Of a stretch of DNA of 64,000 bases, positions 9,378-19,131 are shown piece by piece. Origin of the DNA: an uncultured virus (IMG/VR IMGVR_UViG_3300029305_009617) (lineage: Duplodnaviria > Heunggongvirae > Uroviricota > Caudoviricetes); IMG/VR virus record IMGVR_UViG_3300029305_009617; one strand, 5' to 3'. Position numbers and translations under genes: made by a program. The first letter of the stretch is position 1; every line of letters starts with the position of its first letter. The notes under the pieces were generated by a model that worked only from the letters and a program-made list of their open reading frames with translations, was not told where the DNA came from and did no database searches.

Positions 9378-9580
9378 ATATCTCCGTATTTTTTTATCTC
9401 TTGAATAGTTAACTGTGCTGTGCATAATATTTCTTCAAGAGATGCAATTTTTTCATGTAACTTTGGAATCCTTTCGTATTGTTCTAAATAACTATTTGCA
9501 GCTAATATCATATTACTTAGAGCTATATCTGTGTTATTACTCCATTCTTTCAATTCTTCTATTTCATTTTTCTTGCTCAT
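9374..9580 (-). CDS. Small coiled-coil hypothetical protein
   Basis: Last gene of the VirD4 operon. Confidence 0.5.
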   Translation of the reverse strand: MSKKNEIEELKEWSNNTDIALSNMILAANSYLEQYERIPKLHEKIASLEEILCTAQLTIQEIKKYGDI

Positions 9581-9604
9581 TCATGCCCCTCTCTGTAATG
9601 ATTA

Positions 9605-10468
9605 CTATGTTAAGTCTACAGAAGCATGTATGATTCCCTCTTCATTTAAGTCACAGCTAAGCAGGTTTTCAAGAGCACTTTCTGTATCTGTAATTAAATC
9701 TTGCGAATACAGTATGTAAAAGGGCCTTGTTTGCCTATATTTATTGGTATGCCATGCAATCCAGGATGCGTGAGCTTCGTTCTCACAAAGCACAACTATT
9801 ACTGCAGGCCTGTACCTCTTTTCTTGTAAAAGAGCGCTATGGACTTTTAATATTTCTTTAAAAAACGGAACTATAGCAGTATCCTCTCTTGGCGCAGGAT
9901 ATGTAAATACACTAATTCGTCCTTTTGAAGAACTTTTATTTTTTGTTATTAATGTAATCACACTTGGTACCGGTTCCCCGTTTGGTATATAAAAGCCATA
10001 ATACTTATGCTCTTTTACTTTATCTTTGTAATTTCTTAGTATCCCTATATGCCATTGATTTAGGCTTGCTCTCTGAAGCAGCGCTTGGTCTGGCTGTTCA
10101 AACAAATCTTTTTTATATTCTTTATTAATTTTTTTTGAGCCAGCTTCTGTAATTCTGTAAAGAATTATGTGATAGTCACTTCCATTATCCTTTCTCATCC
10201 CAATAGCATCAATTAAATCGGATTTTCTAAGAATTTTTAACATCTTTGGCATCATATTTAATTTCCAGCTGCTGCTCCTTTTGATATTTAGGCATTTTTC
10301 GAGATTCTTTTTATTTAATACACAATATTTATACAGAGTATTTAATATTGCTATTCCATAGCCGTAAAGTCCTTCTTCCAATGTTTCCTCAAATATTTCT
10401 ATTTTACCTTCTGGCGGACTGATTTTTTCTAATGGCTTATATTCGTGAAATATTGATACCTCATTCAT
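9605..10468 (-). CDS. Hypothetical protein, possibly wHTH or replication-relaxation-like
   Basis: Directly follows virD4; LYRITEAG resembles a winged-helix tail. Family assignment is tentative. Confidence 0.4.
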   Translation of the reverse strand: MNEVSIFHEYKPLEKISPPEGKIEIFEETLEEGLYGYGIAILNTLYKYCVLNKKNLEKCLNIKRSSSWKLNMMPKMLKILRKSDLIDAIGMRKDNGSDYHIILYRITEAGSKKINKEYKKDLFEQPDQALLQRASLNQWHIGILRNYKDKVKEHKYYGFYIPNGEPVPSVITLITKNKSSSKGRISVFTYPAPREDTAIVPFFKEILKVHSALLQEKRYRPAVIVVLCENEAHASWIAWHTNKYRQTRPFYILYSQDLITDTESALENLLSCDLNEEGIIHASVDLT

Positions 10469-10504
10469 CTTTATTATTGCCTTTCCCTTCTGTATTTTTT
10501 ATAC

Positions 10505-13345
10505 CTAACCATCTAAATCATCCTCTAATACATCAATATCTTCCCTTATGACATCATCTTCAAACATACCCTTAATTAAATTATCCAGCGTATATTTTTC
10601 TTTTGCGTTTGCAATATCTTCTTCAGCTAAAACAAGTTCTTCTTTGATTTGTTCAAGAATTTCTTTATCATCCGCAGGCATATTGCTTTTAGCCTTTTCC
10701 TTTGGCTGATTCTTTGCTGCTGCCTGCGATTTATCTTTTCTTGAGCGTAATTCTGCTTCTGCCTTTTCACTTAAAAGAAGCATTTTCACTTCCTCATCCG
10801 TTAATGTTAAATCTTCCATTGCGGCTGCATCAGTAACTGTATAGTTTTTTATTCTATCTCTTACTAAGATTGTTGTATTGCCAGTGCCTTCTTTTGCAAC
10901 CTTCTTGGTTTCCTGTACTAATTTTCTAGCTTGCTTAGTAAGTACTTTCTTGCTTTGAGAAAGTTTGTCGAAATCATAGCAAATAACTTTTCGCTTCTTT
11001 AATTCCGCTTTATCTAAGAAATTGCATTTGCCTATAAATCCTGGCTCTACTGCCCCATCTTTAATTTTAAAAACAGTTACTTCTTGAAATTCTCGATTTC
11101 GTACATCGCTGCTTTCTACCCGGTTTTTTCTTTGGCTGGTTGTTCTTTCGGAATACGATTGGTTTGCATTCGCTTCAAGAATACTTGTGGAAGACTCTGT
11201 TTTCTGCACAGTGTCTTCCGTTACTGTTCCGGCAAGTTCACTATATATTTTCATTTCTTCAGCGGATACTCGGCCGAAAACTATCTGGGTTCCAGCTCCC
11301 ATAATTACATTTTTTAAATATGCGGTTGCTTTTGATTTTTCCATCTGTGAAATAGACTGCATCGCAATTGTGATTGCAACATTATACTGTCTGAATAGTG
11401 CATACATATCTTCATATACGGCATGCATATACTGGCTTGCTTCATCTACATATACGAAGTGATATGGCCTTTTATCCTTTGGGCGCCTTTTAACTGCTAG
11501 GGAAAGGTTTAACAGGATAGTCAGACCAAGCATCGTTGATTGCTGACTGCCGCGTTCAATTGCTGTATTAATCACAGTCACTTCACATTTTCTTAATGCC
11601 TCATCAAAATTAATGGAATTTTCCTGTGTCGCATTAAATATATTGGCATATTTTTGGTCCATCATAACTTTATTAATTAAGTTTCGAAGACCTCTGGACT
11701 GATCGTCCATTTTATCGTTCTCAGGATTTAATAACTCTTTCTTTACATTCTGAATGATATTAAAGTATGGATTATTCTCCCCGCTGTTTTTCTTTGATAC
11801 ATTTCTATTTTTTTCTACTGTTTCTACGGTTGCTCCCATGGAATTGCTTTTTTTAACCGAATTACCTACTGTTACGTTAATATCGTAATAGTCTTCTATT
11901 TCCTGCACCATTGGCGCCAAACGCGAAAAATCGTTAATACAATTTTGCACTTCTTTCATACTTGATTGCTGTCCCTTTATACGGGCTGCCAGCATGCAAA
12001 TAATTGCTATATTTGTTGATACTGAGGTGTTGATATCTCTAAAGTACTGGTCTGAGGTGCCCGCTGCCTCGTTGGTTGCTACTAATACTTCTGAAAAATC
12101 CTGTGCCTGCTTAACAATTCGGTCGTTTATCTCTTCTTCACTTAATGTTTCATCGATAAGAAGTAACTTATCATCTAACAAAAAACTGTTAATTCCTTTT
12201 TTCTTGACATTCTTTTTATTTTTATAATTACATACCGGATCTATAACATTTACATTAATATTTCTTGCTGCGCATGCGTCAATAATGGTATCGTTCATAG
12301 CGTTATTAGGTGCCATTACTGTAATGCCGCAATCCGGATAGTCCCGTAATATCTTATCAAACTCTTCTTTAAATTCTTTTTTTCTAGGATATATATCGTA
12401 TTCTGTTATTTTTCCTCTGTGTGGTCTTTTTATATATGCTTTCTTTTTAACCAGCAGTTCGTATAGTAAAGGATGTCTCTTTTCCATGTTGGATATTTTA
12501 ATATTCAAATCATGTACAATTGCTGGTATCATTGTTGAGCTTGTTTTACCGGTACCAGATTGTCCATTTATGAAAGTATGTACAAACCGATCCCATTCTA
12601 AAATCATTTCTACTGCGCCAGTTTTTATATTTTTAAATATTGGTAAGTCGTACTTGGCTTTTTTATTTTCTCTTAAATCAATATATTTATTAATTTTAAA
12701 TCTCTCAATACTTTCTACCATGTATTCTTTTTCATAAAACACCATTACAGCTCCGGAAATAATAACTGTTGCAATAATCATTGGTATTATCATTGCCATT
12801 CTTGCAAGGTTTACTACCATGGCAGCAGTCATATTTTCAGTGACTTCTATTTCTAAAATTTTTGACACAAAAACTTTTCTTGAAAATAGTATAATAGGCT
12901 GCTCTAATGTTAATATTGCGCTGATGCTGACTAACTTTAGTCTAAATTTTTTCATATTATAAAAATGATATTTATCTGTGATGGTGGAAAAAGCCCACAC
13001 TGCAAATGGCAGTCCTGCAAAAATCACATTCACTATTACATTATTTGTAATTACAGTATTCTGCAGTGCATATATGGAATAAAAATATCTGAAACATAAA
13101 CCAGTAAAATACAGGTAAAATACTAGATAGCATACGTCATAGAATTTAACATTTTTCAACAAACTAATATTAAACGTCTTTGTAACAAAAATTTTTATTT
13201 CCTCTGAAAGAGCGTTCAAATCTATCTCTTTTTTCTGTATATATTTTTTTGATTTACTTTTTTTATTTGTTCCCTTGCTTGATAATTTTTTACTTGTATT
13301 TATTCCATTTTGCCCGTTATTTAGCTTTTTACTTCTTTCTTGCAT
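10505..13345 (-). CDS. virD4: Type IV coupling protein (VirD4/TraG-like)
   Basis: N-terminal TM helices, Walker A GQSGTGKT, Walker B VYVDEA, RQY..TIAMQSISQ. Confidence 0.85.
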   Translation of the reverse strand: MQERSKKLNNGQNGINTSKKLSSKGTNKKSKSKKYIQKKEIDLNALSEEIKIFVTKTFNISLLKNVKFYDVCYLVFYLYFTGLCFRYFYSIYALQNTVITNNVIVNVIFAGLPFAVWAFSTITDKYHFYNMKKFRLKLVSISAILTLEQPIILFSRKVFVSKILEIEVTENMTAAMVVNLARMAMIIPMIIATVIISGAVMVFYEKEYMVESIERFKINKYIDLRENKKAKYDLPIFKNIKTGAVEMILEWDRFVHTFINGQSGTGKTSSTMIPAIVHDLNIKISNMEKRHPLLYELLVKKKAYIKRPHRGKITEYDIYPRKKEFKEEFDKILRDYPDCGITVMAPNNAMNDTIIDACAARNINVNVIDPVCNYKNKKNVKKKGINSFLLDDKLLLIDETLSEEEINDRIVKQAQDFSEVLVATNEAAGTSDQYFRDINTSVSTNIAIICMLAARIKGQQSSMKEVQNCINDFSRLAPMVQEIEDYYDINVTVGNSVKKSNSMGATVETVEKNRNVSKKNSGENNPYFNIIQNVKKELLNPENDKMDDQSRGLRNLINKVMMDQKYANIFNATQENSINFDEALRKCEVTVINTAIERGSQQSTMLGLTILLNLSLAVKRRPKDKRPYHFVYVDEASQYMHAVYEDMYALFRQYNVAITIAMQSISQMEKSKATAYLKNVIMGAGTQIVFGRVSAEEMKIYSELAGTVTEDTVQKTESSTSILEANANQSYSERTTSQRKNRVESSDVRNREFQEVTVFKIKDGAVEPGFIGKCNFLDKAELKKRKVICYDFDKLSQSKKVLTKQARKLVQETKKVAKEGTGNTTILVRDRIKNYTVTDAAAMEDLTLTDEEVKMLLLSEKAEAELRSRKDKSQAAAKNQPKEKAKSNMPADDKEILEQIKEELVLAEEDIANAKEKYTLDNLIKGMFEDDVIREDIDVLEDDLDG

Positions 13346-13407
13346 AAAAAATACACCCCTCTCCGTTATCGCCTTGAATTTGCCCTATTTGCCCCTTAAA
13401 ACACCGT

Positions 13408-13869
13408 CTACGGTGCTTCTCTTATATATCGTTCGTAAATTAGTCTTAAATCGTCATATTTTTTTATGCTCATCATAAAAATAGAATCTTCTGCCAGTAT
13501 CTCATTACAAATGCATTCTATTATGCTTTTCATAAGTAAATCATTTGTGTAATTTCCAATTGCATCTGTGAGCGTTTTTAGATAATTCATATCCTCAAGA
13601 CATTTTTCAATTTCAACGCATGTATTCTTATGCTTAATCATTGCATTATAAACACTCACAACCGCTATATTTTGCAGCGTTTTTTCATAAATAGGCATTT
13701 CAGCCATATTGCTTATTTTTATATTTCTAATGCAATCTTTAGCAAAATCTCCTGCTGCTTTAATAATCTTCATTATGCATAGGTTGTCTTCTGAATTATA
13801 TCTGCATGCCATCATTGCATTTAAATATCCTAACTTGATTTCTGTTCTATTTTTTTCTACTTGAAACAT
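13408..13869 (-). CDS. Hypothetical protein, first gene of the VirD4 operon
   Basis: AGGAGGG RBS. Confidence 0.6.
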   Translation of the reverse strand: MFQVEKNRTEIKLGYLNAMMACRYNSEDNLCIMKIIKAAGDFAKDCIRNIKISNMAEMPIYEKTLQNIAVVSVYNAMIKHKNTCVEIEKCLEDMNYLKTLTDAIGNYTNDLLMKSIIECICNEILAEDSIFMMSIKKYDDLRLIYERYIREAP

Positions 13870-13898
13870 AATCGCCCTCCTGTATTATGTACTACCTT

Positions 13899-13929
13899 TA
13901 ATTATTCGAATTGTACATATGAAAGGCAA
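13899..13929 (-). promoter_or_regulatory. Conserved tra-type promoter, copy 1
   Basis: TTGCCT-ttcatatgtacaattcg-AATAAT (17-bp spacer); 32 bp identical to the copy at 24692. Confidence 0.8.
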
Positions 13930-13957
13930 CTTCCTTTTTAACTATTTTTTAAATATA

Positions 13958-14001
13958 AAAAATAGTTCCCAGTAGTGATATTTCTACTGAGAACTATTTT
14001 T
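13958..14001. terminator. Intrinsic terminator after parR-like gene
   Basis: AAAAATAGTTCCCAGTAG...CTACTGAGAACTATTTTT inverted repeat. Confidence 0.7.
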
Positions 14002-14690
14002 TATAAAGACAATCCTGCTCCTCCTAATAATGAGGAATATAAATCAGGTCCGCTGGCGTCATCATCTTCATCATCATTCCAAATGGCAACCCTATTATTT
14101 GATTCCGATGTTTCCAGTGAAGTAATATATTCTTCTTTCTTTGTCACATGCTCTTGTTCATGTTCTTGCATTGCAACAGGTTTATAATTTATCTGAATGC
14201 TTTCTTGTGGCCTATCTGCCATAATGCCATCAGGTTTATAAATTATGGAACCTATATTCGGAATAAATACACCCATATTTCCCTGATTTTTTTGACGTTG
14301 TTCGTAGAACTCCGTTCCAATCATATCAACAATACTTTTTAATTCGTCATCGGAATAAAGAACCTCTTCTGTTGATAGGATTATAGAATTTCGCAAAATT
14401 CTTTTTATTGTGGAAGATATTTTTTCTCCACCTTCCTTTTTTTCTGTCAACCATTTATATGCTACACTTTCCTCAGGCAAATATATTTGCCTAATTGTAG
14501 GCTCGCTTTCTTCTGCTTGCGCAGTATTATTAATACAGGCAATTGCTAAATATTTTCCAGTCTTTGCATAATGATGGACAGCACAGTTTACTACACTGCT
14601 TAGAGTAATGCCGGCTTTGCTGGCCTTATCCCACCAAGTCCTTACGATATAGTCTTTTTTTCCAAGCCTTATTTTTATAATCTCGTTCAA
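14001..14690 (-). CDS. Putative ParR-like DNA-binding adaptor
   Basis: Immediately downstream of parM; folded N-terminus and acidic low-complexity C-terminus. Positional inference. Confidence 0.5.
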   Translation of the reverse strand: MNEIIKIRLGKKDYIVRTWWDKASKAGITLSSVVNCAVHHYAKTGKYLAIACINNTAQAEESEPTIRQIYLPEESVAYKWLTEKKEGGEKISSTIKRILRNSIILSTEEVLYSDDELKSIVDMIGTEFYEQRQKNQGNMGVFIPNIGSIIYKPDGIMADRPQESIQINYKPVAMQEHEQEHVTKKEEYITSLETSESNNRVAIWNDDEDDDASGPDLYSSLLGGAGLSL

Positions 14691-14783
14691 AAGACCTCCC
14701 TGCTATTTATATAGCTTTTCCTTTCTATCATAAATATTTTTACTGCAGGGGTCTTATTTATCAAATAAGGCCCCTACTTTCAT

Positions 14784-16117
14784 CTATTCTTCCCGCTTTG
14801 CTGTTCTCTTTACCCCTTTTTGTCTCTCTGCATCTTTTTCATATGCTTTTGTGAGCTGGTCTTCTAAAGTCTTAAACATTCCAAGTGCAATTGCATATAC
14901 GGGATCAATCGCTTTTCCTTTGAATTTATAATCTGTCAAAATGACTGAATCTTTTAAGTTTTTACGCTTTTCTTTCATATAATTGCTTATGTGATTATAA
15001 TACGCAGAGCCTGTCCCTCCGGTGATAATGATTTGCTTAATATCTAAGAGTTTGTCAAATTTTTCATTTAAGTATGCGATTAATTTTTCACATAAAGCCT
15101 CTTCGGATGCGAGCACCATTTCTTGCACATCTACAGTTTCTACTGTCTGAGTACCATCTGCTTCGGTGACTAAGCAATTAATCTTTCCACCTTCTTCATT
15201 TAAAATATAAGGAATCTGGTATGGTTCAATATCTCTACCGTAGTCCTCCCTTAGAAGCTTAGCAACTTCCTTATGTACATTACCCATCGCGTATTCAGTA
15301 TTACTTTCTGCTTCGCTAACTTTTTGCGCTTGCGTCAGCATGAAAAGACCTACAGTTTTATATCCCCCGTCAATCACAATTACTGGAAGTTTTTTAAGTA
15401 CAGGGCTGTCTTTTCAATTACCCCATTATCGTCACCAGCTACTCCTAACAAAGCACATATTACCTGTGATGCCGGCATAGCATGCCCCGGAACCACTTCA
15501 AAATCAAGCTTGAATGTCTCCATATTAACATCTACATAAAATTCATGTTTCTTAATTAGAAATTTTCTAATGTCAGGCCAAACACTATTTGGCGATGTGA
15601 TGTCCGCTACATCATTTGGAAGTGCTACACCTACGATAATTCTCCAATCCTTTAATGAAGGAATTGTATAAACTTTTCTTTCTTCCCCTTTTTCGCCTTC
15701 AATTGTTTCCATTATGGTTAATTCTGGCTTCCAATTATTTTTCATAGTCTTTTTAGCGTATTCAATGATGGCATAGCCAATCACAGTCATCATATTTACC
15801 TCAAAATCCTGTGTCTGGAATCGTTCATATGAATCCATCATCTGATACTTCGTTAATTCTGCATCTCGAATCTTTTTTTCCATAATAGATTTTCTTGCAA
15901 GAGTTCCTACTAGATATTCTTTTCCATCTATATAGTGAGAACACAAATAACCTCTTGCTTTGCTATCACCTAGTGTTAAAAAATCTTTTGTCTGACCCGT
16001 AACATCTAAAATATTGTTTGGCACAGAAAACATAACTCCGTTAATTACTACTTTCGTTGCATCAAATCCTGGGTCTACCGATATGAGCAAGTCTTTGTTT
16101 TGATAATATACTGGCAC
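14784..16117 (-). pseudogene. parM: ParM/StbA actin-like partition ATPase, split by a 1-nt frameshift at 15411-15414
   Basis: SVDPGFDATK, IDGGYKTV and IITGGTG actin motifs spread over two ORFs. Adding one A to the A4 run gives a continuous frame. GTG start at 16117 follows AAAGGAGGG. Confidence 0.8.
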
Positions 16118-17060
16118 TTTTACACCCTCCTTTAATATGACAATTTTATTGTTGTGATTTGGCATTTGCCTTGTTTCCATTATATGTTTTGTACATCTAT
16201 AAGTCAATATATTTCGCTCATTTTTTGTATCTTAAACGTAGCCTATACATAGGTTGTCTATATCCCTTTTATGTATTACCCGTAGTTCTTATGTGTCTTT
16301 TATGTAGACTGTTTGTATCTTACATGTAGGTTACTTATATCTCACTAACGCTCCAATTATTCACTTCTTAAGTTTTCTTAAATATAAAAAGACCAATTTG
16401 TTTTTTTGCTTTTTCATATACCAACCATTGATTTTGCATCAGTTTTTCGCTTTCGATATGACCACTTTTGCTTTGTATATGTATTTGCATATCACCATTA
16501 GTTCTTTGCAGTTCGCAAAAATAAATCGCAAGATAAACCCCAAAATCAAAATTTAGATATTGCGTTTTATCTTGCGATGCGTCTAACAATTGTTCTTATA
16601 TTAAATTTTTAATAATAAGTGCTTTATTTTTTTATTCAATTTTGCAATAGACCTCATAACATATCTCAATCAAAGCAGCCCTGTACACTTACAATCATCT
16701 TTTTAATAACAATGCGAAACAGAAACTTGAAAATTCAGCCAATTCCATCAAAATAAAAGACAACTAAGCGAAAAGATGTTTTACCTGGTTAGATAAACCA
16801 GACTTGCGAACTCATCCATGGTAAATCCGCTGTTCTTCAACAAATTAGAACCGAAATATATCACCCGCTTTCTTTTACAAACAGCAGCAACAGGACTATC
16901 AAAGACATTCCATATTCCATATCCAATATTCAGTTCTTTCTAGTCCATACTTAATCCTTTCAAACCTATCATCTAATTAAAAAAATCCATTATAACAGAA
17001 GATAGAATGACTTACGCAACAGACTATGGCAATTACTTAACTAAAGGTTGTATAATCTAA

Positions 17061-17179
17061 CAAGCTTGATTTTGAAGTAGTTCCGGGGCATGCTATTCCG
17101 GCATCACAGGTAATATGTGCTTTGTTGGAAGTAGCTGGTGACGATAATGGCGTAATTGAAAAATATAGCTCTGTACTTA
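17061..17179 (+). repeat. Inverted ~119-bp copy of internal parM sequence (15395-15512)
   Basis: About 8 substitutions and one indel by manual alignment. Confidence 0.9.
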
Positions 17180-17217
17180 CACAGAACCCAAGTATAAAAT
17201 TACAAAATGCTTTATAT

Positions 17218-17840
17218 ACAATGCATCGACGTATTAACCTTATTTTTGTCTTGCGAAAACATAATTTATTACAGTGCATATTTACAATATTTTAAACCAA
17301 TACACTGTATATTATTTTTCTGAACGCTTTTGATAAAATTTCTTTTTTAAATCCGCCAATATTACAATGTATATTTTATATACTTTCTAATTTAATTTTC
17401 TATTGCCACCTATATTCAACAATATACACATTGTATTCATGTCGTATAATAGCACACTAGTATCTTTTTTCAGTTAATATTACATTGCGTACTCAAGAAC
17501 TTTATCTAATAACAAAATTCATGCATATAATCATTTTATCTTATACATTGCATACCACACACATTTTATTTACATCACTTATAAAATAATGTCTGCATAA
17601 TTATAATAAACAATGTAAGCTTTTAAAATTATCATCATTACGTTGCATACCTGCTCATTTATATCATATCTATAACCCAAAAAATACACTTATTCTATAG
17701 ATACACTGTATATAATTATCTTCATAAAACAAACCCCATTCTCCCTATATAATTAAATTATTATCACAATGCGTACTCATATTACGAACTAACAGATATA
17801 AATTATCACTACATTTGAGCAAAAATATGTACAAAGTATA
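17218..17840 (+). repeat. Twelve phased copies of ACANTGYRTA (centromere-like array)
   Basis: Starts at 17218, 17271, 17302, 17364, 17428, 17482, 17545, 17610, 17640, 17703, 17766, 17831. Confidence 0.75.
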
Positions 17841-17850
17841 TTTTAACTCA

Positions 17851-17887
17851 AATAAAAAGAGTGGAGAGAATCTCCACTCTTTTTATT
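17851..17887. terminator. Bidirectional intrinsic terminator
   Basis: AATAAAAAGAGTGGAGA-gaa-TCTCCACTCTTTTTATT. Confidence 0.8.
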
Positions 17888-18890
17888 AAAACAACCCTAA
17901 AAATTTTTTTTGTTTTTTAGTTTCCAACTCTGTAATTCTGGCACTTTGCTGTTCTGTCATCATTACGAGTTCTGTTATTTTTTTATCACGTTCTTTTAAT
18001 GAATCCTGCAACTTTTCAATTGTTTTATTAAGTTCATCTTCCGTGGAAGACTGCCTGTCTTTTATAATTTCTAATAATTCACTAATTGCTGCATCCTGAC
18101 ATTTTAATTGTTCTGCAACTCCATTAACCATTTTTTTTGTTTCTTCATCTTTTTGCTCTAATAACTTTGAATTTGACTCTACTACGTATGAAATAGCATT
18201 TTTCAAGCTCATTTCAAAAACCTGTTCCATTTTTTCTATTGCTGTTTCAAATCTCTGCGCCTCCGGAATTACGTTAAAATTTTCAGGTCCTTCTAAATAT
18301 TCTTTTAATTGCTTAAAAGTAAAATTTTTCTCATCCTTTATATTTATCAGTTGTCGAAGCCTTTCAATATCGTCATAGGTAAAAGATCTATGCCCGCCTT
18401 CTTTTCTTTGAATCTGTAAATAATCTTCAAAAAAATCACAATAATTTCTGATTGCTTGTGTGCTTAGCCCCAACATCTGACCTACAGCAGTAGTTCCATA
18501 TAATGGTTCTTTCTTTTCTTTATGTCGTATAGGCCTACCACCTTGTCGTGAGTAAGGAAGCCCTTCAATATCATTTATATCAAATTCACCTGCATCTTCA
18601 ATCACTTCTTCTGAAATAATTGTAGCAGTATCTACAGGAATATCTGCAGTATCTAAACCAGTAGTAACCTCTGTTGATTTAGATTCGGTTTCCAACGAAG
18701 TTGTATTATTGGTTATGCTTTGAACTGAACTTGCAGGTTCTTCTTTTCTAGAAGAGTATTTTTCTCTTGCAATACTATTATTTACACTAAATTCCTCCTG
18801 CTCATCATCGGAATCCTCAAAAAACGCTCTTTTCCCCGAATGAACTTCCTCATCCAATTGCGTTCCCAAATGCAACTCTCTAAAATCCAT
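17886..18890 (-). CDS. MerR-type HTH, coiled coil and C-terminal amphipathic tail (TubY/RacA-like)
   Basis: YGTTAVGQMLGLSTQAIRNY..GGHRSFT HTH, long coiled coil, ends KKFLGLF. Confidence 0.7.
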   Translation of the reverse strand: MDFRELHLGTQLDEEVHSGKRAFFEDSDDEQEEFSVNNSIAREKYSSRKEEPASSVQSITNNTTSLETESKSTEVTTGLDTADIPVDTATIISEEVIEDAGEFDINDIEGLPYSRQGGRPIRHKEKKEPLYGTTAVGQMLGLSTQAIRNYCDFFEDYLQIQRKEGGHRSFTYDDIERLRQLINIKDEKNFTFKQLKEYLEGPENFNVIPEAQRFETAIEKMEQVFEMSLKNAISYVVESNSKLLEQKDEETKKMVNGVAEQLKCQDAAISELLEIIKDRQSSTEDELNKTIEKLQDSLKERDKKITELVMMTEQQSARITELETKKQKKFLGLF

Positions 18891-19131
18891 AGCTTTACCT
18901 CCTTAAAACCTTGATTGTATAGCAAAATCCAAATCACAACTTTGTTTTTTGATATTTTAATACTATCTCCACCCAAAAATCAACATTTTTTCAACAATTT
19001 TTACATATAAGGTAGCTTTTTCTTGCGTTTTAATGCTATTTTCCATATAATAAAGTAATCAACTTCAGGTGGCGCACTAAAAAATCAAGTATTCCATCTA
19101 AAAGCAAAGCTATATGCAAAGGAGTAGTCTT

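Noticed and set aside
16348..16356. ACGCTCCAA shared between spacer 1069-1104 and the parM upstream region
   Set aside because: Only 9 contiguous nt and extension needs gaps; too weak to call self-targeting.
17037..17279. 80-aa minus-strand ORF similar to ORF 15273-15539
   Set aside because: Both are antisense translations of the parM segment and its copy.
17395..17407. 13-nt match (ATTTTCTATTGCC) to spacer 803-836
   Set aside because: PAM-distal only; the other 18 upstream positions match about half; plausible by chance in AT-rich DNA.
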